NCBI RefSeq assembly: GCF_009914755.1
Contig: NC_060933.1
Origin: the human T2T-CHM13v2.0 reference genome, Homo sapiens
Reading direction: 5' to 3' (one strand)
DNA: 64,000 bases
The position numbers were made by a program, and so were the translations under genes. Positions 12,747 through 25,931 of the stretch are shown in pieces (position 1 is the stretch's first letter; every line of letters starts with the position of its first letter). The notes beneath the pieces were generated by a model, which saw only the letters and a list, made by a program, of their open reading frames with translations, ran no database searches and had not been told where the DNA came from.

Positions 12747-13144
12747 TTACATGTAACATCTTTCCTTGGAGAAAATTACAATGTGATTAGACAATTACCC
12801 TATTTCTGACAATCAGGTATGTACTCAGGGCAGGCGGATCTCCCTGAGCTCCCAAGGCTTATCTCCTGTCTTTGAGGATGTGCTGCTCTGCCGAGCGGCT
12901 TCCCAAAAGACATAGCAACTCTGCTGTGCTGTGTTGGGGATGGGGCAGATGTGGAACAAGTAATGTGCATGCCAGGGTTTGCAATACCCTAGCGGATCAG
13001 CCTCCCACCTGGTGCTGAAAAGTTTCTGAATAACTGGTGGTCTCAATGATGACTTTTAGTTCCAGCTGAGTAATTCTTAATTGTGGGTGAGAAAATTTCT
13101 TCTCAGGGTTTCAACTAGTAACTTTGTTCTCTACTGGTTAGGTT

Positions 13145-13620
13145 TGTATTCATTTAGCAAATCTTCGGCCATGTACACCATGCTAGGTCCCTAGGAGCAA
13201 CAAAATCCCAACTTTTCTCACATGGAACTCAGATTGGGGGAGAGACGGGAATGCCCACAATCTCAGCCAACGTCATGAAAAAACTATAGTGAAGGGAGTT
13301 GAAGATTCTCACAGAAGGTGTTGCTTAGGAAAGTCAAGAAGAGAAGTAGGAATTTTCAGGAAAACGGGGGAGGGCTGATTAGAAGTGTGCTCTGGGCTGC
13401 AACACAGGCAAAATCAGGGTCTAGAAAGGGTAGAATGTGGGAGAGAGCCAAGCACCTCAGTGTGGTTGATATTTAAAATACTTTTCACATCTATAACAGT
13501 GCCTATGATAGGACGCTCAATAAATATTTGTGGAATGCATAAATACAGTACCAAGGAGGTTGGCATTTATCCTGAAAGAGACTAGATGCCATCAAAAGAT
13601 TTTTAAGCAGAAGATTTAGA
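13145..13620. mobile_element. L2 fragments (minus-strand ~13145-13440; plus-strand 3' end ~13450-13545)
   Basis: tattcatttagcaaatc...catggaactcagatt; acagtgcctatgataggacgctcaataaatatttgtggaatg. Confidence 0.6.
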
Positions 13621-14929
13621 TGAAAAGAAGAAAAAAGCAGTAGCTGGATTTCCCAAAAGCATACTATTTAATTATGAGACAGTCCGTTGGAAAACTATGG
13701 CTGCAATATGGTTTTTCATTATGGGTAATAGAGATAAGAAGGCTATAATATTGTGCCTTTGAAATCTTAACTATGGAATTATTTGCTACTATCTTGCAAT
13801 ATTAAGAAAAAGAAGAGGCCCTAAGGCGAGCATTAAAGATCACAGAAAGTAAGACTTGGTTGATGAGTTACTTATTGAGAACATGTGCGAATGGAAAATG
13901 TGATATTGAAAACATTCCTACATAAGCTGAAGGTTGTTTATCCTATAGTACAATCAATCCCTATTATGATAGTATAAATAGAACCCTCAGAGAATCAGAG
14001 ATGCCAAGGAGGACTTGAAATTTTGTTTGCATTCTCATCCACGGATGATGCTAAGAAAATAATGGCGAAAAAATCATTTGGAGATTGCAGGAAGGAGGGA
14101 AGACTTACAGAGATCCAAAAGAAAAGCCTCATTTTGAATTGGAAAGCAACTATGTATGTATGCAGGCTAGTGCATTTTGCAAGCAAGAAACTGAAAATGC
14201 CAAAATATCACTTTCTCTTCAGAGCTCTGTTGAACCCAAACCAGTATTTTATAGTATGGAAGATGATAGCTATTTCTATTATAAGTGGTACCATCATCCA
14301 CAATTATGTTGACAGGAAGTATAGGGCCCCACTGGAAATAGTGAACTTTAATTTTCACCAGGAGAGTCTAAGAGTAAAGATTTAGTACAATAGGGTCATG
14401 AAAAATATCCTGTGCCAATTATTTTAACTAGCATGAAAATAGTCCAGTTTGATGATGTTTAAAATGTTACATAGCAGCCTAGCTAAAAAAATAATCTCTT
14501 ATCGTCTCCGTTCTCTTTCTTTTATGGAGTGTGTTGGCAGAACCTTTTCTGACCATAAACAAGCAGGACTAAAGTGGAGATAATTTGGAGGGCCATTTAC
14601 CTGTGTTCCTCCCCTGGAGGAAAGATACGGAAAGAGCCCAGAATTCCTCATTTATAGTTTAAGTTCCAGCCTACTATAATCTCATCTAAGGCTCATCTTT
14701 TCTAATGCCCTCTGGATTTGTAGGAGAGTTTCCCAGGGGCTGTTCTAACATGATTCAAATTCCAAATGCCTGGCAGAGTCCAGATGGAGTAACTTTTCAC
14801 TGACAGTGGCTACCATTGTACTCATAAGTATGTCTCTATCAATACGCTAAGAAAGTATCCTTTTGGGTGTTGGTTCCTGTAACCTAGCATGTTAGATAGA
14901 GTACTATGCTTGCTCTTACTTAGATATAG

Positions 14930-15290
14930 TATATGCTCGAGGGATCGTCTCTCGACCTTGCTTTCTGTCCTAGGAGGCTGACAAGTATGGATTACATCAA
15001 CAAGCTCCCTTGCCCTTTGCCTGGCTGGATTCCTCCATCAAATCACAGTTCCTGTCAGATGGTCCTCTCCACACAGCCCTCTCACTCCTGGATTTGGTAA
15101 ATGCTTTCTTTGCTTACCCCTTCAGGCATGAGGTGGTGATAGTGCTCCACTGTTACTACCTCTGCAGTACTGCATTCTCTTTGCCATCTCCATATGCTCT
15201 GCTCTCCTCTGTGCACACAGTGCTTTTGTTAATCTCTCCTTAAATTATGCCAGTTCAAGTATTCCACCTATTTTCTACCTCGTTTTCTAC
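14930..15290 (+). mobile_element. ERVL LTR (LTR41/LTR40-like), internally deleted
   Basis: aggaggctgacaagtatggattacatcaacaagctcccttgccct...ccccttcaggcatgaggtggtga...ctctccttaaatta. Confidence 0.55.
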
Positions 15291-15849
15291 TCTAGTTAAT
15301 GTCAGCTTCACTCATAATTAACTCAGCACATGCCACGCTGGGCGGTGGTTACTATGTCAATGCACCAACTTCCCATCGTTTTTATTTCATAATTTGCCAG
15401 GGAGAAGGAATTATCTTATGCCCCCTTAATCTCATGCACCAACTAGCTTGGAGTGGTGTATTGTAGTTGACCCCTGAATATTGGTTCAGTGAATGCCTAA
15501 AATGTTAATGGATCATTTGAATCTCAAATTTTCAGGCTAATCAGACTAAAACATCTCCAAAGAGATGAGAACCTTTTGTGGGTAATTTAAGAATTCTCTA
15601 AACTTCAGAATTACTTAGAAGAGATAGCAAAAACAAAAAAACAAAAAAACCAAAAAATCCCCATATTTTCAAAGGAATTTTTTCAAGTCACATGTTAAGT
15701 ATTTATTTAAAAGTTGGGATTAGTTGGTAATTATTTTTGCCTTAACTATCTGTAAATGATCTTATCTCAAAAATATTTTCTCTGGGTTTCAGCCACTCAT
15801 TAAAAAGAGAGTGATTTTCAAGGGTCAGAATATAGTGGTTATTGGTTTT

Positions 15850-15990
15850 TGAGTTCTATGTTCCTATTATAACTAGGTAGTTTACATGCATTATCTCACT
15901 TAATATAACAATAATGAAAACTTATTATAGTTAGCCCCACTTACCAAATAAGAAACTAAGGCTTAGAGAAAGTAAGCAAAGTGTCAAATA
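15850..15990 (-). mobile_element. MIR fragment
   Basis: tttacatgcattatctcacttaat...aataagaaactaaggcttagagaaagtaagcaa. Confidence 0.65.
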
Positions 15991-16224
15991 CATGTATGGG
16001 AAAATCTAACTCATCAGGGAGTTAAGTTTGAGTTGCAGTATGGGTAAAGAGAAGGCGAGATTCTCATGTTTGATCTGGAGGAAGGGGAATGGCCTCACTG
16101 GGAGATGGTAGGGCGTAGAAAGAGAGGCGTAGGGATTTCTGAGGTTGACAGAAACCTATTCCCTATTTGTATGCAGTAGCCCAAAGTAGTATTTGCTATA
16201 AGAATCTTGTGGAGGCTGATACTA

Positions 16225-16740
16225 GAGTGCTATTACAACAAGAATGCTGCAGAACAGATCTCTGCAAAAGACAGAGCTTGAAACAACAATCCCTTGGAAT
16301 CATTCACATATCAGCAGTTCTCCTGGGTTTTCACAGATCTGGTCTGGGTTCAGCTGAGTGGCTTTAATGACCACAGGTCTCCAGATTGGCTGGAGATGCT
16401 CTGCTTCACTCTGTGGTGACTGGTGCAGCTCTGCTCACATGGCTCAGCACCCACTTAGGACCTGTGAGCAAGCTGGAGAATGTTCTGCTCATGCCAATGC
16501 TGGAGGAATAAAAGGACAAGTGGAAGTACACAGGCTTCTTAAGGTGTAGACTTGGAACTTGCACATGGTCGTTTCTGCTTCATTGTATTGGCCAAAGCTT
16601 CTCACGTGTCCCAATCCAAAGTCAGGGGTAGGGGAAATACACTCTGTCCCTTTAGTGGTAGCAACTGGAAAGTCAACTGGCAAAGGATGTAGATCTTGGG
16701 GAAGTGAAGAATTGGAGGAAATAATGCAGTCCATTATAAC
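16225..16740 (-). mobile_element. MLT1H-like MaLR LTR
   Basis: acaagtggaagtacacaggcttcttaaggtgtagacttggaacttgcac...attggccaaagc..tcacgtg.ccca..ccaaagtcagggg...tggcaaaggatgtagat. Confidence 0.7.
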
Positions 16741-18674
16741 TGAACATTGACTCTCATTTCCTGATTTCAAATGATGTTGATCATATTTTGGTTTGTTTAT
16801 ATATTCTTTGTTCAATTCTCTATGGCATTAATTTTTCACGGCCTTGAGAGAAAGGAGTGTCTGCAGAAAAAAAGCACCTTGTGTTTTCCAGCATTGAGTA
16901 CCACTACTGCTTTAGAGGAGGGGAATGATAAAACTCTATACTTTTTTGTTTGCATATAATATAACTCGTGAGATTTAAAATGTTCATTTGATACCAAATC
17001 ATAAGATTCTTTTGCTTTGCTTTTGGAACTGAAATATCCATACAAACTCATCAGAGAGCTAATCACTTTAGATGTTGGGGCACAGAGAAAAACATTTTGA
17101 GAGGAGACTATGTGGGAATAGACTTGAATCTGGAAATAAACTGGCTTAATACCATGTGCCTAGGATTTGTGGTACAAAGAAACAAGCGTTTCATGTTGTC
17201 TTACCTCTACGAGGCTCCATTGGTCTCTGTCCCCTTTCTTACTCCTTGCAAGTTCACATGGGAGCGTGTGCTTATTAACAGAGTGTCCCCATTGGGTCTC
17301 TTCTTTCAATGTAACATGCTCACTGTCCATGAGAACTGCAGGTGTCATCCAAGACTATGAGGCTACATCTTCAGCCTTCTCTAGGTTGCAGCAACTGACC
17401 TTTCTCACCTTCTCATGAAAAGCCTCCTATTTCATGCCCTCTTACATGTTGTTTGCATAATTTTATAGACATAGCTCTGTACATACATAGTCAAGACTAA
17501 CATGGGCATGCTTTCAAAAACAACTAAAAATTTTGTTTGACCTGTGATTTTCTACCCCTTTTTGGTCACCCTTTATGGAGATTTAAATATTTTTAGGTGT
17601 AATAATGCTGATTTGCCAAAACAACATGGAAATGTCTGGCAAGTTTTTATGGGAACAAGAGAATAAACTATTTGGAATTGAATTTATCGAAACACACAGG
17701 AAGAAGTTTTCTATGCCTCTTTTACAAAACACTCCACATTATTTTATAATCAGAAGAGAGGCTGAGCACATTCCCTTGCCCATCCCAAGCCAATTATTTA
17801 TGGCCTTTTCCTAGCAGTGATAAAATAGAGCCAAGGCATAAAATGTCATAAGGAATTCTAGAAAGGAATTAGAAGTAACCCTTAAATATTGCATATTGCC
17901 TATTCTTAGCAGCGTTGACGGATGTTGACCTTTGATAGGGACGTGTGTGTGCTTGTGCATGCTCATTACTCTAAATGGACTAGAAGTTCAACTTGGAAAG
18001 ACTGATAACAAAATTATAACTGTCCAATAGAAATGATCTGAAATTCATGCAGCTAGATCAAAAGCCTCCCCCAGCTCCAAATGAGCAGTAACTGGAATTA
18101 ATTACATTATGGAACCTTCCCAACTGCAGCTTAAATCATTTAAGACTTGTTTGGTATGGCACCTGCTGCTCACTTATTTTTAGGAGAGAAAATATACATT
18201 CTTGAGCATAAGGGCCTGAAGGATTTTTATACCCAAGGAAAAGCCTAAATGTGCCAAAATGTTGGGAGCTGAATTTTTAGACTGGTAGCTTAATTTGCTT
18301 CTCTCCCATGGGGTTCAAGGAGCTGAGATCACAGTGAAAAGAGCTCCCAGCCTTATGACGCGTCCATGTCCTTCCTGTAGGAGCCTTAGTGGGAGGTCAT
18401 TGTGAAGACTGCTTCAAGCTTTCGAACACTTGAGCTGCAGACTTCATTACAGCAAGCAAAAGGGTGAGCTTAAGAAAAGAAGGAAAAAAGCTGGAATTCC
18501 AAATATTTGCTTAGTTTTCAAGAGTGCTTCAACCTTCGTGATCCCTCAGAGTGACCTTTACGTTTCAGAAATGAGAAACCCTGACCTAATTATTTTCTAA
18601 GGTTTCTGATACTGTCATACCTTATGTAATATTCTGCTACCTTTACAAAAATAAAGGTTAGAGGAGAGTGCTGA

Positions 18675-18860
18675 AGGTATGTCTACATGTGAGAGGTCAG
18701 ATGGGAAAGGAGGGCATACATCTCTATGTCTATATCACTCATACTTGCTGTGAGAGTGCTTTGGTACAGGTATGTCTACATGTGAGAGGTCAAATGGGAA
18801 GGGAGGGCATATATCTATATGTCTGTATCACTCATACCTGCTGTGAGAGTGCTTTGGTAC
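18675..18860. repeat. 93-bp tandem duplication, 2 copies (18675-18767, 18768-18860), 6 substitutions
   Basis: Unit AGGTATGTCTACATGTGAGAGG...GAGAGTGCTTTGGTAC aligned by eye. Confidence 0.95.
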
Positions 18861-18864
18861 AGAA

Positions 18865-19047
18865 CTGTGGTGTCCAGTTATGGTGGCCAGTGGCCACCTG
18901 TTGCTATTTAAATTTGTTAGTTAAATTTAAGTGTAGTTATATGTTCAGTTCAATTCCTCAGCCACACTAGCTACATGAGGCCACTATATTAGATTGTGTA
19001 GATTTAGAATGTTTCCATCATCACGGAAGGTTTTACGGACAGCAGTA
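18865..19047 (+). mobile_element. MER33/MER3-like hAT-Charlie MITE
   Basis: gctatttaaattt...ttcctcagccacactagctaca...tagaatgtttccatcatcacggaagg..ggacagc with TIR-like ends. Confidence 0.7.
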
Positions 19048-19574
19048 GATAGAGGTCTCCTTTGTAAGACAGGACTTACTCTTAGGAAAAAAACATTTGT
19101 GCAAAATATTTAAAGCTTCCCAAGTTAAAAAAAAATTAACCCACATGTTTGTACAACCTAATTTCTTCTAACCAAACTGAGGTGTACTTGAAGTTTGTGG
19201 TGCTTCCCATTTACATATAGAATGACTTTCCCTCGTTCCCCATCACTGACTCTCTACCCCAAATCTCTCTCACACTTTGAGCTGTATTTTTATTCTCACC
19301 TCCCGGCCTTAGCTTACACTGGTAGCACATCTTTACAAAGGATAGCCTGTCCTTTCTTCGCTGCTTACCTCAAACCAATCCCTCCTTCCAGGTAGCGTTA
19401 ATATGTCATATCTTCTGTGAAGACTTCTTAAATCACTGGTTCAGTTGATCACTTTCTGTTGTCATAATTTGCCACCAATTTTTGTATTATTCTTTGATTG
19501 TTACATGCGGTAGTTTCCATTTCTCAATTAGAATAGAGTGTCTTTGAGAATAGGGATCCGGTCTTACATTCTAC

Positions 19575-20580
19575 TCATCAGAAGTGACCTTTGCCATTAC
19601 AATCAGGAAATTTAACTTCGATTACTTTGATCTACAATCCTATTCCACTTTTGTTGATTATCCCATTACTTTTTTTATAGGAAGCAATTTTGGTTTTTCT
19701 CTTGTACGATCCGGTTTAGGATCAGGTGTTGCTTTTAGTTATGACTTTTAGTCTTTAATCTGAGACAGTTTCTTGGCTTTTCATTGTCTTTCCTACCATT
19801 GGCATTAAAAAATACAGGCTGTTTATTTAATAATATGTATCTAAATGTGATTTTTCCAACATTTCCTCACATTTAGAATCAGGGTTATAACTTTTGAAAG
19901 CACTACTAGATAAATGATATTATGTTATTGTCAAGATATTATGAAGTGACATCATGTCTGTTTCTCCTTTATAGATGATGTCAATTTTGATCATTTGATT
20001 TAGGCATTGTTCAGTTTCTCCACCATATAGTTATTATTTTTCCTTTGGTACTTAATAATTTAATGTGGGCAGATACTTTGGGATGTGCTCTCTTCCCATC
20101 AAACTCTTCTGTTCCTCAGATTTAACATCTATGATGATTCTAGCCAGGATCACTTCTTACTATGATGATTACAAAAAGGTGGTTTTCAAAATTCATACTT
20201 TTTCCGTATATTTTTATAAGTCAGAATTCTATTATAGGAATGAGTTTTCTCTTTTCTTAATGTATTTGTTTACTTGCTTGCTTGTTTATTTACAGTGTGG
20301 ATTAATGAGTTCAATTTTATTAATAGGTTGTAATCTATTGCTATTGCTATCCTTATTTATTTCAATGATCAAATCCCCCACATTTGGCCAGTTGGAGCTT
20401 TTTCCAAGTGACTCATGTATCCTTATAACATATTTCTGCTTTTATATTTTTTAGTGTTCCTTTACTTTCTGGCATAACAATATATTTTAGGCTCATCTTT
20501 ACTTTGTTTGCCCCAGCCCAGAAATCAGCCATTTCTCCTGGTGGGGAATGGTATTTAGAAATCAAGATCTGAGTACAAAT
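19575..20580 (-). mobile_element. Old L1M (L1MC4/5-like) 3' region
   Basis: aatcaggaaatttaac...taggctcatctttactttgtttgccccagcccagaaatcagccatttctcc...ggaatggtatttagaaatcaagatctg. Confidence 0.7.
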
Positions 20581-20659
20581 CTGCAATTTGGGCATGGCTT
20601 TGTGGGAAGGGTTGCTTCTATTCCATGTACCATCAGCTGGGATTGCTCAACTGAGATAC

Positions 20660-20999
20660 TGTCTTAGTTTGGGCTGCTATAACAAATTGACATAGAATGG
20701 CTTAAACAACCATTTATTCCTCATGTTTTGGAGGCTGGAAGTTCAAGATATGGGTGCCAGCATGGTCAGGTTCTTAGGGAGGGCATGCTTCTTAGTTATT
20801 TTCTTACACAGCCTTTTCCTCATGCAAGGATGGAGGGAGATCTTAAGTTTCTTTCTCTTTTTGTAAGGACCTACTCATCAGAGGACTCCTGACCTCCTCT
20901 AAACCTAACCACCTCCCAAAGGCCTCTCCTCCACATTGGTAATTAGGGTGTCAACATACAATTTGAGGGGGACACCACACAAACACTCAGTCCAAAGCA
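20660..20999 (-). mobile_element. MLT1A/MLT1A0 solo LTR
   Basis: tgtcttagtttgggctgctataacaaa...tggaggctggaagttcaagat..ggtgccagcatggtcaggttct...cagtccaaagca. Confidence 0.85.
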
Positions 21000-23302
21000 G
21001 TTCTCCTATACCCAAATAAATAATATCTTCCCATTTGTTCAAATGTACTTTTTGCCTTTTTTAAAAAAAAGTTTTCTTCATATAGGTTTTCTATATTTCT
21101 TACTAAGTTTATTTCATTTTATACATTTGCTATTATAAATAGGATTTCTTTTCCATTATGTAACACCTGCTTGATGATTATTTGTGCATATGGAGGCTAT
21201 TAATTTTTAGATGTTAATTTTATAGCATATTAGTTTACTGATTTAAAAAAATTTGTTAAAGTAGTTTATTATATTCTCTAAGGGTTTTGAGGCATATCAT
21301 AATTTTATCTGCAAATAGCAATAGTTTTACTTCTTTTCCAATTCTTATGACTTTAACTTTTTGCTCTTCTCTAATTTTATGGGCTAATATCCCCAATATA
21401 TATTGTCAAATGTAATAGGGGTAAGGATCATGCTAGCCTTGTTCCTCACTCTTGTTGGAACATCTCTAATGTTTCTCCATTAAGTAAGATGTTAGCTTTA
21501 GGACTGAGGTATCTATATATATTTTATCAAGATTAGAAAATGATATCCACTCCTATAATCTTAACTATTTTCATTAAGATAGGTGTTTGACTCTGTTAAA
21601 TGTCTTTTCAACATATTTGAAGATAATTATAAAATTTTTCTTTTTAAACCTTTTTAAATCTGTTGAATTCTTTTAATCAATTTCTTAATAATGCACAATT
21701 CCTGCATTTCTAACATAAATTCTGCTTGGTCATGGTGTGTTCATAATGTGCTGTTGAAGTTTACTTGAAGATATTTTATTTAGGATTTGTCCACCAATAA
21801 TCCTATGTTATATTAGTCTGTAATTATCTTTTTTTGGTGCTATTTTTATCAGGTTTAGATATAAATATTATAATTGCCTATTAAAGGGATCTGAAAGTTC
21901 TCTTCCATTTTCTATTCTCTGAGACAACTGACGTACCATCAGGCTTATCTGGTGACTGCTAAAGTTTTAGTAACATTTCCCTTGTGAAACCACCTGGACT
22001 TGTGCTTTTTTGTTGGATGGATCCTTCATTGTTTTTGCCATTTCTTCCTCAGAAATGGATCATTTAATCTTTCTATTTCTACTCAAGTAAATTTGGTAAA
22101 TTAAATATTAATAGAAAATTATGCATTTCATCTAGCTCTCTACTTTTTTACATACGTGTATGCAAATTAATTTCATGATTTAAAATCTTCCTCTGTATTA
22201 ATATTTATCCCTTGTCATTTCTCATTCTGTATTTCTGTATTTTCTCTCCTTTTTTTCATTAAATTGGCTAGCAATTTGTCTATTTTGTTTTTACATTAAA
22301 AAAACTAGAATTTTTATTTATGAATTTGCTTTTTTCTCTCTACCTCATCAATAACTTTCATTTTTAACTTTATTATTTCTTTCCTGTGCTTTCCTTTAGT
22401 TTTCTTTGTTGTCCTTTCCTAATTTCTCAGCTCGGTATTTAATTTATTTCCATTTTTAGATGTTATTGATATAAATTTTCAAAGCTAAGAATTTTACTCT
22501 AATCATCATTTATAAATATAGCTCATTGATTCTGATATATAGTATTTTTATTAGCATTATTTTTATAGAAATTCTATAATTCCTGTTTGTATTTTTCCAC
22601 TTACTCAAAAAGTGTTCATTTGAAATTTCTTTTTTCTGGTGAAAGCATATTTTGGTTTTTGGTGTCAATTTAAATTTCTAGTTATATTTCATTGTGATCA
22701 GAGAGTATTTTTGTAATTTTTCTACTTTATGGAAGTTACCAACATTGTCTTTGCAAAAGAATGTATGATCAATTATTATGAATGCTTCCTGTTCTTGAGA
22801 AGTTATATTCTTTATTATCAGGGTGAGTTGTTATATATGTATTATTAAGATCTACACTATTGATTGCATTCTTTCAGCCTGCTAAAACTACCTAAATATT
22901 GTAAACTCAAACATGTACTGAGAACATGTTAAAGTCTCTGATGATTTTGCATTTTTTTCTACCTCTTTTGCATCTCCTGTAGTTTTGCTTTATATGGGTA
23001 GTTGTTGTGAGATATACGTACATATATATATATGTCTGTGATTATATATATAAAATTGTAAATTTTGGCGTTTAGTTATAAAATATGCTTTGTCTCATTT
23101 ATGCTTTTTTTATTGAATTCTACTTTGATATTAGGATTGCCACTCTGCTCTCTTTTTTATTTGTTACCTTTGAATTTCTTTTTCTATTGATTTATTTTAA
23201 ACCTCTTTGAGTTACATTATTTTAGATGTTCTCTTGTACGGCACAGAGTTGGGCTTTACTTTTGAGTCAATTTGAAATCATTTTCTTTTATTGGTAAACT
23301 GA

Positions 23303-23596
23303 GGCCAGGTGCAGTGGCTCACACTTGTAATGCCAGCACTTTGGTAGGCTGAGGCGAGAGGATAGCTTGAGCCCAGGAATTTGAGACCAGCCTGGGCAAC
23401 ATAGTGAAATCCTGTGTCTACAAAAACAAAAATAAAATTAGCCAGGCATGATGATGTGTAATCCCAGCTACTTAGGAGGCTGAGGTGGGAGGATTGCTTG
23501 AGCCTGGGAGGTCAAGGCTGCAGTGAGTAGTGATGGTGCCACTGCACTCCAGCCTGGGAGGTAGTGTGAGACCTGGTCTGAAAAAAAGAAAAGGAA
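23303..23596 (+). mobile_element. AluJ
   Basis: ggatagcttgagcccaggaatttgagaccagcctgggcaacatag and gggaggattgcttgagcctgggaggtcaaggctgcagtgag (J diagnostics); A-rich tail. Confidence 0.92.
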
Positions 23597-24094
23597 AGTC
23601 AAATTAAGCCTAGTTACATTTGTTGATGTGACTAATATGTTTGGTCTCAACACTGTCATATTTCTTTATGCAACAGAGTCTTTGTATAGCACTCTGTTCG
23701 TTTAGTAAATGTCTTTTAGTATTTAGAAAAGTTTGTATTTTTAATGTAATGATTAGTTTTGTGTCTATACATTTTATGGTGCCCTTTTTTTTCCTAGTTA
23801 ACTTTTCACTATCTTGTATGTTGGTTTTAAATGATACCATTTGACTCCTACTTCCTATTAAATGATCAATTATTCCATTTTAATTTTCTCTTTCTCATAG
23901 TCAGTTGCATTTTTACACTTTATCAAAACATAGAATGTTTACATACTATTCTCTCATCCATGCCCCACCCTTATTTTAGTCTTGAATCTTTGATTAAATG
24001 TATTAACCTCTCATTATTAGTCCCTTGTCTAAATTTTCCTAGTCATGTCTTGATTGCATGGAGCTTGTGTTCTAGTAGATTCTTTAGGAAATGC

Positions 24095-24124
24095 TTCTAA
24101 GAAGAGCATTTCTAAGAAGAGCAT
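24095..24124. repeat. 15-bp perfect tandem duplication (TTCTAAGAAGAGCAT)x2
   Basis: Directly visible. Confidence 0.9.
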
Positions 24125-24447
24125 CTCCTGAATTCTTGCACATTTATAGTTGTCTTTCTGTAGGTTTGCTGCTTGCAGGAGAGCTTAGTTTCATATGCAA
24201 TCCTTGGCTCCTGCTTTCTCTCCTTGAGTTTGTTGAAATTACTATTAACTCTTGTTTTCCTTTGTAGGTTTCTGCTTGAGAAATCTGATACCTGTGCAAT
24301 TTGTTACCTTTATCATAATTAGTTAAGTCTTCAGTTTTATTAGACTCCGTCTCAGAGTTGATCATTCCAGGTCAGTTTTTCCAGATACAAGGTGAACCCT
24401 TTTTGTATGTAGATTTTCTTTTTCTCTTATTTCTGGAAAAGTTTCTG

Positions 24448-24452
<5 letters not shown>

Positions 24453-24502
<50 letters not shown>

Positions 24503-24555
24503 TATATATATGTATTATATATGTATATAATATACATACACATTTATATATAGAG
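24453..24555. repeat. (AC)~23 microsatellite followed by TA-rich tract
   Basis: Directly visible. Confidence 0.95.
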
Positions 24556-24949
24556 AGAAGAATGTCCTTTCAGTGACTTCAATTATACATTTGTTGAATT
24601 TTCTTTGCTTTCCTTTTCAACCATTTTCTCTCTCTTTTTACTCCATTTTCTCATGTTCATTCTTTGTTCTTTCATCTTTATTCAATGACTCTTGATTTTA
24701 TTTTTCTTAGACACTTTGTAATTTTTTTTCATTTTTGAGATTTTTTCTTTAATTTCTTTCTGAAGTTCAATCACTATTTATTGTATTTTTCCAGTTTTGC
24801 TTTTATTCTTCATTTTTAAATTTCTGACTTTAGATATTTTAATATCTGCAAATGATTGAGGAAATTACATTTTCAATATTGGATTCCAGTTTTATCTCAT
24901 CATTGCTTTTCTTGAGGGAGTTTATCATTAACTGAAACGTATGCATTAG

Positions 24950-24951
<2 letters not shown>

Positions 24952-25005
<54 letters not shown>
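24952..25005. repeat. Uninterrupted poly(T)54
   Basis: Counted 9+40+5 T. Confidence 0.95.
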
Positions 25006-25008
<3 letters not shown>

Positions 25009-25855
25009 GTTGCTCTATATAGACTTTGTCTGAGTTCTTGTTTTTCTTATATTCCGAGGCAATTCAGTGACAGGGCTCATTACTGAAGACGACTTCCTTG
25101 TGCTAGAATAGTTAAGGCAGTTTCTTTAATGAATAATCATTTTGTTGGTGAAGATATTAGAGTAGGAGTTCATGTAACTTGTATTTCCCTTTTTTTCTGC
25201 AGGACTCTTAACTTTTCTTCCCATTTTCTTATGTTGCTTTAATGCCACATCTTTGAGCAGATAGCTGTCTTTTTCTATCTTCTTCGCCCAAAATGCTTTT
25301 TAGAGATATCAGTAGAACTTCTCATTTCACTCACTTACATGCTTCTTCTCTGTTTCCAGTAGTATAAACCACCAAGTCCTAGACTTCGCATGTTCTCTTT
25401 CTGGTAGTTACTTTTACCTGGGTTTTATGTTAAGTCTGATACACCCCTCTCTTGGAGATCCCAAAGGCAACTCGTCACCCTCTAAACCTACAAGGTTTCA
25501 GTGGCCATGAGAGCTTCATTGGAATTTGGTGGTTTTCTTCCCCTACTTACAGGTGTGTGGTGCTATCTATCTTCTAGTAATTTTGAAGAGGTGGTTTATG
25601 TTGGTTTTGTTTGAGCTTCTTGTTGAGCTCAAGACATTTTGGTCAAATGTATAGAGTTTAGGATTCAGGAAGCTGCTTTTATGCTAGGGTCAACTAAAAC
25701 CTCTCCAATAACTTCTAAGGTTTTCTTTTTACTCTTGATGATCTGTATTTTACTATAATGGGCTCAGATATAGATTTATTTTATTCTTCTTGTCACTTAA
25801 AGTGTACTTTAAATCTGAGAACTTAGGATTCTTCAATTTTGGAAAATTCTCTCGT

Positions 25856-25856
25856 T

Positions 25857-25887
<31 letters not shown>

Positions 25888-25931
25888 ATATGTATAAAAC
25901 TGTGTGTGTGTGTGTGTGTGTGCGTGTGTGT
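25856..25931. repeat. Compound (TA)n/(TG)n microsatellite
   Basis: Directly visible. Confidence 0.9.

Noticed and set aside
13010-13019. REST/NRSE left half-site TTCAGCACCA (minus strand)
   Set aside because: The right half GGACAG is absent at the expected spacing
14023-14385. 120-aa ORF and overlapping 75-aa ORF in unique sequence
   Set aside because: TTG start for the longer ORF, no recognisable domain, no convincing splice flanks; length is within chance expectation
18668-18970. ORF with a repeated 31-aa peptide
   Set aside because: By-product of the 93-bp duplication; GTG start; runs into a MER33-like element
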